Positions 24,090-38,190 of a stretch of 64,000 nt of DNA are shown piece after piece (positions within the stretch are counted from its first letter, which is position 1; the number at the start of each line of letters is the position of its first letter). Source of the stretch: Azolla caroliniana (lineage: Eukaryota > Plantae > Polypodiophyta); NCBI GenBank assembly GCA_043228905.1, contig JBHGNT010000002.1, positions 11,284,001 through 11,348,000 on the forward strand, read 5' to 3'. Both the position numbers and the translations under genes were made by a program. The notes under the pieces were generated by a model. It did not search any database and was not told the DNA's origin. It saw only the letters and a program-made list of their open reading frames with translations.

Positions 24090-27000
24090 ATTCTTCCGCT
24101 GCACAGAATCCACCTGATCCTTTACATGGTATCAAAGCACGTGGTTGCTTGATCGAAGCCCATCATCTTTGCATTGTCGCGTGGCGCGTATCACACTTGC
24201 CAAGCGCCATGATCTGCGTGTCACACTGGTGCAAACAAGCCCTTGGCCTCTATCCGCTAGTGGTTATGGAGGAGATGACGGAATTTCCCCACCTGTGGGT
24301 TGGTGAACGGAACCACCAAGGTCTTTAACGAGGGAGGACGAGTCCCATGACTTGTTCTTGTAAGAAATGGCCGTTTAGGTTTATCGTGCGGTCATTCTTT
24401 GTTGTCGAAGATGCACACGACCTAGACTTAGCGGTGTGGTGGATTGACGTGTAGGCGGCGGTGATGTGGTGGTGCGCAACGTTTTAGTGGGCGGCAACAA
24501 TGGCGAAATGATCCTTGCCAGTGTTGGTTCCTTCTTGACGTGAATTTCTAATAGAGGGCGAATGACCAAAAGTAATGAAATTGTAGTAACCAGAAGAAAT
24601 TTTTGAGAGGGAGAGAGAGAGAGAAACAGAAATTGAGGAAGTGTTTAAGATAGATAGATAAACAGACGGAAATTCCAATTCTAGGTTTAAACCCTTGACT
24701 TCAATTTCTTGAAACAAGACACATCACCAATAAGACAACTAGGTTTCTTCTTATTAATATCTTGATTTAATACATAGATTGATTGATCCCCTTCTTTCTC
24801 TTCCTTTCTTTCTTATATAGATGGCCCCATGCATATGATGCATGTAAGGGTGTAAGACATGCATGATTGTCATTTTGTTAAGAGTCTATTACTAATCAAT
24901 AGAACAAACTAAAGTAAAAGAAGGAAAATAGAATGGATAGAAGAACCCGTTCCACCCAACCACCCCCGAGTTATGATCTAGACATAGCCAACCTACCACT
25001 AATGTCCCATACCACCGGATATTAGGATGACTAATACCTTGGAAGAGATAAACACGATCATCGAGACGAAAGGCTAGCCCACACCACCGGTGTCTAAGAC
25101 GGCAGCCTTCCGACGTAATGTGATTATGAGGGTAGCAAAGCCTCATATTTATACATTTTCCTAGGCCCCTTGAATAGATGTGCCTTTCTAAACGGCTCTC
25201 CATTCAATGGTTGTCCAAATCATGATAGTGCATGCACCTATCATTCCTTCTATCCAATCATAAGTTCCTTGTTTAACATTAGTGAACATACCCTTCACTA
25301 ATGTAGATATTGGGAACCTACCATCACCAACGTTATGTGTACATAACATACTCCCCTACTTCAAAAGATTGCACTCCTGCAATATAATGTGAGGAAATTG
25401 TTCCTTAAGAGTATGATCGCGTTCCCATGTGGCATCATCAATAGGTTTATCCATCCATTTGATCTTGAATAGCTGAATGTCTTTAGAAAGTAAACTTTTA
25501 GTACGAGAATCAAGAATTCATTCAGGAACATGAGGTTTGTAAGAAAAATCCTCTAACGTTACAACATCTTGGATTGTGATGGTGTTATCACCAAAGCCTA
25601 AAAATGGTTTTAGACGACTGATGTGAAAAACAGGATGAATAGCAACGTTGCGGGGTACGGCAAGGTGATAAGCAGATGACCCAAACCACTTAAGGATTTC
25701 AAATGGGCCACAATATCATGGGGCTAACTTAGCGCACTTGCCCGTAGACAATGATGTAGAGTGAGTAGGGACATGCAAAAAACCTTTTTGACCAATAGTA
25801 AATGTTCGAGGATGTCTATCCTAATCAGCATACAATTGAGCATGATCTTGATCTGTCTTGACATTCTCTTTGGCAATATGCACCATTTGGTTCATGTCTT
25901 GGAAAAAATTGCGTGTACTATCTAATGTATCGCGATGAATCCTGACATCAATTGGGGCACGTTGTTGAAAACAATACATCAACATAAAAAGGACTATATC
26001 AAGTGGATGTATGTTTAGAGCTATTATAGGCAAATTCTAAGATAGGAAGGTATTGATCCCACTTAGAAGGGGTTTTTGCTACATAAGCTCGAAGCATCTC
26101 CTCAATAATTTGATTAACTCGTTCAGTTTGTCCATCAGACTGAGGATGATCTATGTAACTCATGCTCAACATAGTTTCTAGTTTCTTAAAGACTTGAGTC
26201 CAAAAGTCACTAGTAAAATTGGAATCTCGATCACTAACAATATCCATCGATAATCCATAAAAACGAAACAACTCATCAACAATTTGATAAGCCAATTGTT
26301 GAGCGGTTACCGTGGTTTTGGTAGGAGTAAATCTAGCCAATTTTGTTAGTCTGTCAACGACAACCCAAATGGCATCATGACCCATCTGTGTACGAGGTAA
26401 ACTAAGAATAAAATCTATCGAGATACTTTCTCATTTGTTGTTGGGAATATGTAAGGGATGTAAAAGACCAACAGCTTTAAGTCGTTCCAACTTATTAATT
26501 TGACATTAGAAGCATTGAGTTACGTATTTATGCACGTCGGAGCGCATCTTAGCCCAGAAAAAAGTACTCGAGATGAGAACGAGTGTGGTTGTATTCCAGG
26601 ATAACCAGTAGATGGTGCATCATGACATTCATGAAGAATTTTCTGTTTTACATTTGGTAAATCTGGAACACAGACCTTTCCACTACGGTAGAGCAAACCG
26701 TTTGTAATGTGAAAGGTTGCCTTCGAGTGTAGGGTGCTAATATCAACATCTAAACGAGATTCGGCTTTTGTTCAGTATTTCGAAAAATAACTGTCATCAA
26801 GGTATTTCCCTCGAAGGTGATCTAATAGATTAGATTTTATTTCCGTTAAGCTAAGCATGGTAACTTCTTTAATGTGACTAAGAGCATCCGCAACAGTGTT
26901 CATAGAACCCTTGCGATACCATATGGAAAAATCAAAATCTTGCATAAGATCAGCCCAATAGCCTTTACGACCAACAAGATCTGGCTGGTCACAAAAATAC

Positions 27001-27879
27001 TTCAATGATTGATGGTCTGTTGTAACCACAAATTTATTTCCATAGAGATAGTGCCTCCATGTTTTAAGTGCATGTATTATCGCAAACAACTTTTTCTCTT
27101 GAACCGAATACTGAGATTGAGCAACATCAAGCTTCTTACTTTCAAAATCAATAGGGTGACCACATTGACAAAGAACGGCACCAATAGCATAATCACTAGC
27201 ATCGGTTTCCATTGAGAAAGGCTTAGAATGGTTTGGTAGTAGAAGAGTGGGAGCCTGACACACATGCTCTTTGAGTGTCTCAAATGATTTGTCAAGTTGT
27301 TCATTCCATGCCATTGGTTTGACAAACTTACGTGGATGACCTTTTAAAAGGTCAGTTAATGGCATAGTCAATTTGGCATAGTTACAAATTAATTTTCGTA
27401 AAAATCCAACAAACCCTAAGAATGATTGTAATTCACGAATATTACGAGGAGTGGGCCAAAATTTAACCTTTTCAATATGAGAAGGTTGAATTTCAGCACC
27501 ATTCTCCTTAATTAAATGACCTAGGTACACAATAGATTTTTGGAAAAAATCACAGTTTCAATGTTTTGCATAGAAAGAGTTGTCATGCAAATTTTGCAAA
27601 ACAAATCGGACATGTTGAACATGATCTTGCAAGGTACGACTATATATCAAAATATCATCCAAGAAGATGACAACAAAATCACCGAGTTGATCTCGGAAAA
27701 CGTCATTCATCGCTTGTTGGAATGTGGCTGGAGCATTACTCAACCCGAAAGGCATGACTAAAAACTCATAATGGCCATAGTGCATACGAAAAGCGGTTTT
27801 AGGAATATTATCCTCAGCAATGTGAATCTAATATTTTCGTAAAATATCGGGCCCCATGCAAATGATCAATCAAATCATC

Positions 27880-28109
27880 GGCACGAGGTAACAGATATGC
27901 ATTTTTAATTGTCATTTTATTCAAATAACGATAATTGATACACATTCTCCATGAACTTTCCTTCTTCTTAACTAATAGAACTGGCGCACCCCAAGGCACG
28001 AGGTAACGGATATGCATTTTTAATTGTCATTTTATTCAAATAGCGATAATTGATACACATTCTCCATGAACCTTCCTTCTTCTTAACTAATAGAACTAGC
28101 GCACCCCAA
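27880..28109. repeat. 115-bp tandem duplication inside RT
   Basis: [13 protein letters not shown]...IKNAYxLPRA is encoded twice (27880-27994 and 27995-28109). Confidence 0.9.
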
Positions 28110-28702
28110 GGTGATTTACTATACCTAATGTGGCCCATACTCAAGTATTCCTTAAGTTGTTTAGTGATCTCATACTCTTCTAATTGACTAAGTTGGTAAG
28201 GTGGAATGCTCACAGGAGCAACACCAGGAATGAGTTCAATTTGATGGTTCAAATTACGTTTTGGTGGTAAAGTGGCAATTCGTTAGGAAACATGTCTTGA
28301 AAATCGTCTAAAATAGATTCGAGTAATCGTTGTTCATAATGTGGAAATTGTGTGGTGTCAATATTAAAATAATAAAATTGAAGCACAAGATCAATTACAC
28401 ACGAATAATTAATGAACTTGAATACTCGCTTAAAGATTTAGAAGACCCAAGTGAACAAGAAGGAAGTTTGGAACATTGAATAAAATGTTTACAATTATTA
28501 AGTTCAAATGTGATTGAGTGATTAACCCAATCAATGGACAAAGAAGGGTTATTATTAAAAAACCAAGGGTATTCTAAAATGACATTTGCGGATTGTAGTT
28601 TCATAACGTGAAAGTCAAGCTTCTCCAAATAGGTATATATTTGAATTGGCAGTTAACAAATAGTGCCATTGATGTATTGAACACTTCCATTTGCCATGTG
28701 AA

Positions 28703-31700
28703 TGAAGTCAAAATCGTTGCCGGCCACAACTGGTTGTACATATGCGGAATAATAGTCAATCTAATGGAAAGGAAAAAATAGAATACAGAAACTGAGAATG
28801 ACACAAATTTTAACGTGGAAACCCGAACTGGGAAAACCACGTGGAGTCCACAAACTCTGAAACAGAACACTATGAGAGAAAGGAATACAATCAGAGATCT
28901 CAGAGGCAACGACCTCGAGATCCTGCTTCGCCAACAGGCGGCTATGGAGCTCACACGCTTCCACTCACACTCATTCAGTCTCACAGTTTCTAGAGGCAAC
29001 AACCTCGTCAACAGTAACTTTTCAATTAATACGCTTATCTAACATGATTGCCCTAAGTACTAATGTAACCTTTCGACTATTTACAAACTTAGCCTTCCGT
29101 GTTGGCTATCTCCACGAGTTGCTCATCAACACAGTTCTTCTCACTTCCCATCTGAAGGGACTTGTTTCCTAACAAACTCCCCCTTCACTCCGACATGGTA
29201 TGTCTTACTAGTCCGATCCACTTCCGACATGCATCCATCTTGTTGGGTATTAGTACTTTGGTCAGCATATCTGACCCGTTCTCGGCCGTGTGGATCTTCA
29301 TCAGCGTGAACTCTCGATCTTCTACTCGCTCCCGGATCCAGTGATACCTACGTTGGATGTGCTTTGTCCTGGAATGGTACGCTGCGTTCTTAGCAAGGTC
29401 GATCCTAACAAACTCCCCCTTGACTCCGGCATGGGATGCCTCGTCAATCCGATCCGCTTCCGGCATGCATCTAGCTTGTCGGGCATCAGCACCTTGGTCA
29501 GCATATGCGACCCGTTCTCCTCCATGTGGATCTTCATCAGCACGAACTCTCTGTCTTCTACTTGCTCCCGAATCCAGTGGTACCTCCGCTGGATGTGTTT
29601 CGTCCTGGAATGATACGTTGCGTTCTTCGCAAGGTGGATGGCACTTTGATTGTCGCAATAGAGCCGGTATTCATCTTGCCGGATACTGAGCTCACCGATG
29701 AAGTCCTTCATCCGTAATATTTCCTTGCCATCTTCAACATCTGCCATATACTCCGCCTCCGTGGTTGACAACGCAACTGTCTTCTGCAGCCTCGACTGCC
29801 AGGAAACAGCTCCCCCTGCATATGTCATTACATACCTGGATGTAGACCGGCTGGTATCAACATCAGCTGACATATCCGAATTGGTAAAACCATCAAGTTG
29901 GGGTTTATCGAAGCCGAATCGGAGACACATATTCGAAGTGCCCTTCAAGTACTAGAGTATCCATTTGACCGCGTTCTACTGCTCCTTGCCGGGATTGCTC
30001 ATAAACCGGCTCACCACTCCGACTGCGTATCCAATATCCGGTCGAGTACACACCATTGCCTACATTAAGCTCCCGACGGCAGAGGCATATGGAACCTTCA
30101 TCATATCCGCCTTCTCTGCTTTCGTCTTTGGGCTTTGCTTACCGGATAATCTGCAGTTTGCCGGGAGTGTCGATCCGACCGGTTTCACTTCTAACATGTT
30201 GAACCGCTGAAGCACCTTTGTCACGTATTTCTCCTGTGACAACCACAATTGCTTCTTTGACCGGTCCCGGATGATGTGCATCCCCAGTATCTGTCTTGCC
30301 GGGGCCAAGTCTTTCACTGAGAAAGTTCGGTTGAGAGCCTTCTTCAGCATCCAGATTTTGGCTTGGTCCCGTCTGACGATCAACATGTCGTCCACGTACA
30401 GAAGGAGTATCAGGAAGTCGCCTGCTTCGAACTTCTTCACAAACACGTAGTGATCGGTTTACGTTTTGTGATACCCTTGGTTGGTCATGAAGGAGTGGAA
30501 TTTCCAGTAGCATTGTTGGGGAGCCTGCTTCAATCCGTATAGGCTCTTCTTCAACCGACAAACCAAGTGCTCCTTCCCTTTCTCCACGAATCCTTCTGGT
30601 TGCTGTATGTAGATCTCCTCTTCGAGGTCACCATGAAGGAATGTCGTATTCACGTCTAGCTACTCTACCTCGAGGTCCATGCTTGCCGCTATACTCAACA
30701 TTGTCCGGATGGAAATCATCTTTACTACCGGGGCAAATATCTCGTCGAAGTCCACGCCGTTCTTCTGCTGGAACCCCTTCACCACGATCCTCACTTTGTA
30801 TCTCGGGGGGTTGTCGGCATCTCCTGGTTTCAACTTGTACACCCACTTGTTTCGAAGTGCCCGCTTTCCTTTCAGCAACTCCACCAATTCGTACGTATGG
30901 TTCTCATGCAGGGAATCCATCTCATCCTGCATGGCACTTAACCATTTGCAGCTATGGGCATCACTTTTAGCTTCCTCGAAGCTTTCTGGCTCCCCCTCAT
31001 TGGTTAGCAACACGTGCTCTGGATCCCGAAACCTCTGGGGGCCCTTCTCTCTCTGAGAGGATATCTGCGTCCTTGGGCTTCGGTAACTGGATCCTCCATT
31101 TGATCTTCATTCGAATCCGATTCGGGGTCTTGTCCGGTTTCGGTTTCACCTATTCCTTCTTCTTCAACCGGTTTTGTCTCCTCACCGTCACCGACAGGTT
31201 CATCAAGTGCTAACCGGCTTCTTGCCGGTTCGAATTTCATTTCATCAAATCGAAAAATTTTCTTACTGGTCGACTTGGAGTTCATTATCTTCTTCTCCGA
31301 CTCCCAGTCAGCGAGCGTCTTGTCCTCCATGAAGATAATATCTCGACTCCTGAATACTTTCTGGTCGACCGGGTTCAACACACGGTAGCCGAACTCATTG
31401 TCACCGTAATCGAGGAATATGCATGGCCAGGTCTTCAGATCTAACTTTCCTCTCCGGTCCTTAGCTACATGCACGTACGCAAGACACCTGAATACCTTCA
31501 GATGCCGGTAGGAAACTTCCTTACTCGTCCAGACTCTCTGCGGCATGTCTCCGTCCAAGGGTACTGAGGGTGACCTGTTTTTCACATATGTCGCCGTCGA
31601 TAGTGCCTCAGCCCAAAACATCTTGGGTATTTTTGCATGCACCAGCATACTCCAGACCCTCTCCATTATGGTTCGGTTCATCCTCTCGGCCAGCCCGTTT

Positions 31701-33974
31701 AGTTCCAGCGTCTTCGGGACTGTAAATTCGAGCCGGATTCCCTTCGAGCGAGAGTACTCCTCGAACTGCCCCCGATATTCTCCTCCGTTATCTGCTCGAA
31801 CCGCCTTCAGCTTCCGGCCGGTTTCTCTTTCCACTCTCGGGTGCAGCTCTTTGAAGACGGATAGCACCTGATCCTTCATCTTCAACGGTATGGCCCACAA
31901 CTTCCGGTTGTGGTCATCTATGAACGTCACGAAGTACTGCAATCCAGCATGTGACTTCGTGTCCACTTGACACACATCAGTATGCACCAACTCCAATGGT
32001 GCATTACGTCTCATCAGTGGCCTTGATCGGAAGGAGGTCTGGTTTTGTTTACCGGCCAGACAATCAGTGGACTTCTCCAAGTGCACATTCTTCACTGGAA
32101 TGAGGTTGTTGTCTGCAAGCCTCTTCATCCCCTTCTCGCTCATGTGACACAACCTCTTGTGCCACAGCTCATCAACAGTGTCGGATGCCATGTTCACTTC
32201 CTCCGGACATAACCGAGCATTTGTCAAGTACAGAGTGCTGACTTTCCGGGCTCGAGCCACAATTAGGCTCCCTTTGCTGAACTTCATAACACCGTGCCGG
32301 ATGCTACCCGTGTAGCCTTCATCATCTAGCCGACCGGCTAATATTAGGTTCAATCGAACCTCCGGAACATATCGAACATCCTTCAGCAGCATCTTGCATC
32401 CGGTTGATGTCATCAACCACACATCTCCTATGCCGACAATTCAGCATGTACCTTCATTCCCCATCCAAACACGGTCGTGGTCACCGACCGAGTAGGATGA
32501 GATGCATTTTCTATCCGGGGTCAGGTGGAACGATGCTCCGGAATCGACCACCCAGGTCATCTCATCGCCGGCAAGGTTCAGCTCACTCTCCTCGGTGATA
32601 TGCATTAGCTCCTCTTCATTTGCCGCGATTGTCATCGTTCCTTTCCGGTCCTACCCTCGCCGATCCGAACCGTTTCGGTCGGATGACTTCTTCGAATCGG
32701 TACTGTCGATTTCCTTGTCTTTCCTGAAATGCTGAAAGTTCTTCTGGAAGTGCCCTGGCTTCCCGTAGTAGAAGCAGGTAGGCCTCCCTCTTGACTTTGT
32801 CCGTGTCCCCGATTTTTCCTGGTTCTGGGGACTCTGGTTCCTTTGTCTTACACGTTCCGATTCGGAAAGGAGCACTTTTGAGTCGGGGGTTGGTTCCTTG
32901 TCCTTCCGACGCGCCTCCTCGTTTAGGATGCTTGTCTTCACTATCTGCAAAGACAAGTTCTCTTCTTGGCAGGAGGTGCTGAGAGTAACCACCAAGTTCT
33001 CCTAGCTTTCCGGCAACATACACATCAACATGATTGCCTGCATTGCATCATCCAAGGGGAACTTGATCACTGCAAGTTGATTTACATACCTCATGAATGT
33101 GCTTATGTGTTCAACCATGCTCTCTCCGTCTCTGTATATAAGGTTTACTATTTTTCTCATCAATGAGGTTCTATTGAGCGCATTCTTCCTCTCATAAAGT
33201 CCGGACAACTTCTGCTACATCTTGTGGGCATTTGTGTCGTTCGCCACGTGCTGAAGGACACTTACGTCGACACACTGTCCGATAGTGGCCACGACTTTCC
33301 TATTCAGAAGCTTCCAATCCGACTCCAATACCCCCTTTGGTATTTCCAATTTGTCAATTGGCTCATACAGGTCTTTTACAATGAGAAGGTCTTCCATCTT
33401 AATCTTCCAGTCTGCATAGTTCTGTGAATTTAGAACCATCATACCTGGGAAGCCGCTCCTGCCTCCTTCCATTTTCTGTGTTGCTCGCTCTGATACCAGT
33501 TTGAAGTCAAAATCGTTGCCGGCCACAATCGGTTGTATGTGTGCAAAATAATAGTCAATCTAATGGAAAGGAAAAAACAGAATACAGAAACTGAGAATGA
33601 CACAGATTTTAACGTGGAAACCCGAACTGGGAAAAACCACGTGGAGTCCACAAACTCCAAAATAGAACACTATGAGAGAAAGGAATACAATCAGAGATAT
33701 CAGAAGCAATGACCTTGAGATCCTGCTTTGCCAACAAGCAGCTATGGAGCTCACACACTTCCACTCACACTGATTCAGTCTCACAGTTTCCAGAGGCAAC
33801 AACCTCATCAACAATAACTTTTCAATTAACGCACTTATCTAACATGATTGCCCTAAGTACTAATCTAACCTTTCGACTATTTACAAACTTAGCCTTCCAT
33901 GTTGGCTATCTCCACGAGTTGCTCATCAACACAGTTCTTCTCACTTCCCATCCAGAGGGACCTATTTCCTAATA
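28703..33974 (-). mobile_element. Ty1/copia element nested in the chromovirus protease; duplicated RNase H/PPT end
   Basis: LTRs 28703-29174 and 33502-33974, TSD GTGAA/GTGAT, PBS TGGTATCAGAGC. 472-aa integrase ORF 32422-31004; RT LYVDDML. Confidence 0.95.
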
Positions 33975-36900
33975 GTGATCTTGATAGATATGATCACGTG
34001 CATTTATGTGGAGTTCCATTTGCTGCACAAAGTGATCATTAAGAAAATTGTGAGAACTACCGGAATGAAACAAGAAATGTGCTTGTGTTTCATTGATATA
34101 CCTGACTGCTCGGAGTAAATCATTAGGTCCAAGTAAATATGAAGGAAAAGTGCATTCACATGAACTTAAGTGGTTGGTATGAACTTCAACAACATCAAAA
34201 GACTCACCTGTGTAACTCGTACATTTGTCTTGAGGACGGGTGTTCATTGACTTCCTCTCAAGACGATGACATGTATCCTTTGTGTGGCTCAGCTTCTTGC
34301 AATATGCACAGAACTGGTTAGGTTTCTTGGAGTCGCGGTCAAGAGTGTCATTGGATTGCTTACATTTCCCAATGAACTTGACATTCAGAGTTTGGCTAAC
34401 TCAGGTTTATTGTGGTCTATCTTGGAAGTCCTACGGTATCGAAGTACAATGTTCACAGCTTCCTCAAAAGTTGTGGGGTCCTTGCCATGGACAATCCAAT
34501 GGTAATCCCCATTAGGAATACCATTCAAAAAGCAAGCAACAAACCATTTCTCACCCGTAAGTCCCGATTTTTGGATCTGGGTCCAAGCATGATGCACATA
34601 ATCGTCAAGAGAGGTAAATGGCTTACTCGACAACGTGAGCAAGTGTTGCGCTTGTTCAGTTTGAGAAGGTGGCTACAAAAACTGTTTCTTAAAAACATCA
34701 CCGAAACCTTCCCAAGTTGTGGGTAAGTTCTTTGCAGTCCTTAGGCCGCGCCACCAAGTAGCAGCTCGACCACCTAACTCACAACCGACTTAACCAATTT
34801 TTATAGCATCCGGCTTGGGGTGGAGCTCAAAGTGAAATTCCCAATGATCAAGCTTAGTGCTAATGGCCTCCTTGATTCTTTCTTTCTTATCTCCCTTGAA
34901 TGGCGTTACTACGAAAGAAGGCTCACCTTCTTTCTTGGACTCAATAGTCAATTCTTGGAATTTCTTTTCCAATGACATATTGGCCTACCTCATTTAGGCC
35001 AATTGATTGAAGGTAGTAGTGAGCAATCGCTCAATAGTGATCTCAGCTTGTGTGCGAGATGTGGATTAGAGTTGAGAGGTCTCGGTCGGAGAGATTGCTC
35101 CAACAACGTTCAAATTTGTTCCATGATGCAAGCTGTGGGTATGCAATATAAATAAGGAGGTTCAAAAAATACACAACCAAAATGAATGCTTGAAATTTTG
35201 ATTGTAAGAACTTTACCAAGAAAGCATCTCATGCCTTTACCCCTCTAGACATATGAGATGTGATTCGAGATCTAATAACTATGGTAACACTATGGTGTTT
35301 TAAAAACCATGGTGGAAAACATAGCTAAGATGTATTTATAGGATCTCTATCTTAAATAATCATGGCGGCTCCCCGAGGCTCAACCATGGTTCTAGCATCA
35401 ACGTAGTTTCCTAGTTAGCCTTATATTAGAATGCCAACCCAACATGTATTGATATGGTTGAGAAAGTGTATTATGTAAAACAACAAGTGCACTTGCAAGT
35501 AATATTCAGGTCTTTCGAGTAACAAGAAAATGTTATGACAAAAACGATAAAATAAGGCACTACCCATAAGAATCAAGCAATGACGAAAACAAGGGTAAAA
35601 AAACCCATGTGTTACCTACTAAAAAAAAATGTCACAAATAAATGGATGGTGGGAGGTATGCACATATACATCCCAATATGGTGGTTGTAATTTGCACAAT
35701 TGTGACATAAGCCACAAATTGATACAAGTGACGGTGGTGTTGTGTGCAAAGATGTAGAACTCAAATCTATGACTAAAACATCAATAGGGGAACTCATGTG
35801 GTTTTACTCGAGTTCTAAGGCTCGATAATATGAGTTAAACCTAGATGAGCCATTGGAAACAATCGTTCAAAAAATGGCATGATGCCCACTCAATATTAAA
35901 AAATAGTCTTTCTAAAAGGCCCTAGAATAGATGTGCCTTTCTAAAAGGCTCTCCATTCATTGGCTGTCCAAATCATGATAGTGCATGCACCTATCAATCC
36001 TTCTATTCAATCATTAGTCCCCTTTTTAACATTAGTGAACATACCCTCCACTAATGTAAATATTGGTGACCTACCCTCACCAACGTTATGTGTACATAAC
36101 ACATTTGGTGCTCATGCATCGCATGTGATGCATGATAACTATGTCACTCATTCAAGCTCTTATGTATGAGAATTTACATGTGAAAAGTACAATGATGAAA
36201 ATAAGGTTTAACGAAACAAGCTTAGTCTAATGGTAAGTAAACTATCTCTTATCTTGAAGGTGCAATATTCAAAACCTTACTTTGTATGCCACTAGGCCCT
36301 AGGCTTACTTTTATATTTTGTGTAATTAGAACCTAAACACACAATAAAAGTGCACATTAACGTGCTAACATATGAGTGTAACCATCACCCCTTTCATACG
36401 TGTGCATATTGCACCTTCTCGATTTTGTCCGTTCCACATGATTTTCACACTGTTGGTGAAAAGCTTCACGACATCCACCCCCACCAAACCGCACATCCTC
36501 CGATACGTGCCAAGAAGAGAGAGTGAGATTTCGGCTACGGTGATTAATCAATTTCCTCCACATCCTCGTTGACCTTGCTCACATTTGCAGATTTCGACTT
36601 CATTGTTGAGGTCATCGAGATCAAGACCCTCATCTTGTCTTTTCTTGAAGATCTTTACCCCAGAATGGGCATGGCCAACCTCGATCCGTCTAACTCCGTG
36701 AGGTGGTAGGTGGCATTGTCGTTGGCACTTGTCACCACATAACGTCCAAACCACCTTCTTGAGAACTTACTTGTCGTCCTGTGTTGGTTGTCAAGGTTGT
36801 TGTTGTAGACCAATACCCGATCTCCTTCTTCGATCTTCTTGGGATGTAGTTGATGTGTCTTGTCGAACCGAATCCAAAAATTGGGTGCTTGTTGTTATTA

Positions 36901-37254
36901 GCCAATCCTTTTCTTTGAGATGGGAGATGGAAATGTTGTCAATACAACCTCCTCTGTTTAGTTGAACATGCCACCATCTTGATGCATCTTTCCCATGGGT
37001 AATCCTCATAATTACTTATTTCCTTTCTTCTTTATAAGTAATAACCATCCATTTTACCACAACATCATCTTCTTCGATAACAACCTCAATGTTAATTATA
37101 CTTACATCCTCATTAACAACATCTTTAATCACCAATTCATTTATTACGAGATAACCATCATTTTCAATATCATCTACCCTAAACTCATCCTTCCTGCACA
37201 CGCTCACAACACCAACATTATCATTATACACATCCCAAACCTTCGTAACATTTT

Positions 37255-38190
37255 CTAGATTATCCCACTATCATAACCTTGTAGATCTCGAGCACTACTT
37301 GTGAGTTTGCAATGATCGTTGTCTTGATCATAACCGTGTAGATCTTGATCTTTCTCCTCAGGCTCACGTTTTCCGTTGCATGTCTCTTCATGATTGTATC
37401 CTCTATCTTTCCTCTCAAACCCTCGTTCTTCGTCACTTGTCTCTTCACGACCATATCCTTGAGTATCTTGCTCCTTCCACTCCATCCCACGTTCTTCGTC
37501 ACATGTCTCTTCACGACCTCATACTTGAGTATCTTGGTCTTTTTCCTCAAACCCACGTTCTTTGTGGCATGTCTCTTTAGGATCACATCCTTCTTCAGTG
37601 CATCTTGCTCTTCTCTTGACTTTGCAATGATCTTCATGATGACAATCACAATCTCTCCCTTCAAGATCGTGTTCTTCCTCCCATGTTTCTGTTTTGTAGA
37701 GTTTGCAATGATCCTCGTAATGACCATAGGCACTTTGATCTCGATCTATCCCTTTAAGACCATGATCTTTGTCAGATACCTCTTTAAGACCGCAATCGTG
37801 AACATATCAATCTCTCTTGTCAAGCCCACGTTCTTCTTCAGGATCGCATCCTCGAATATCTCCATCTTTCCTTCGGAGCCCACATTCTTCGTTGAAAGTC
37901 TCTTCATGAAAATAATCGTGAACATCTCGATCATCTTCATCTTCTTCATCGTTGAGTAAACCATGAAAAGGTTGAGGCCCGAACCTTGATGTCATAACCG
38001 CTTTGTACCAATCCGGAACTTCCAGATATAGTCTTTCGACTTGCCTTGCCAACTTCAGGTACTCCATTGCTTTATCCTCGTCATCATGCAACATCATTTC
38101 AATGGCCTTACTTACAAATGGAAGAATTACGAACCTTGGACCACCTTCTATTCTAATCGATTCCTCTAAGTCATAAACAAGACCACATCC
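37255..38190 (-). pseudogene. Acidic, Cys/His-containing repeat ORF in the Trp-primed element
   Basis: Starts just after the PBS; ~22-aa repeats GREETCDEERGFEEKDQDTQGY with a few in-frame stops. Confidence 0.55.

Larger units (their letters stand above)
24876..36101 (-). mobile_element. Ty3/gypsy chromovirus, degenerate
   Basis: TSD CATTT/CATTT. 3' LTR 24876-25348. Chromodomain ILDSR...FKIKWMDKPIDDATWE (~25430-25520), INT VVDRLTK/HPQSDGQTER, RH ETDASDY, RT VIFLDD, gag ~34385-34978. Confidence 0.9.
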
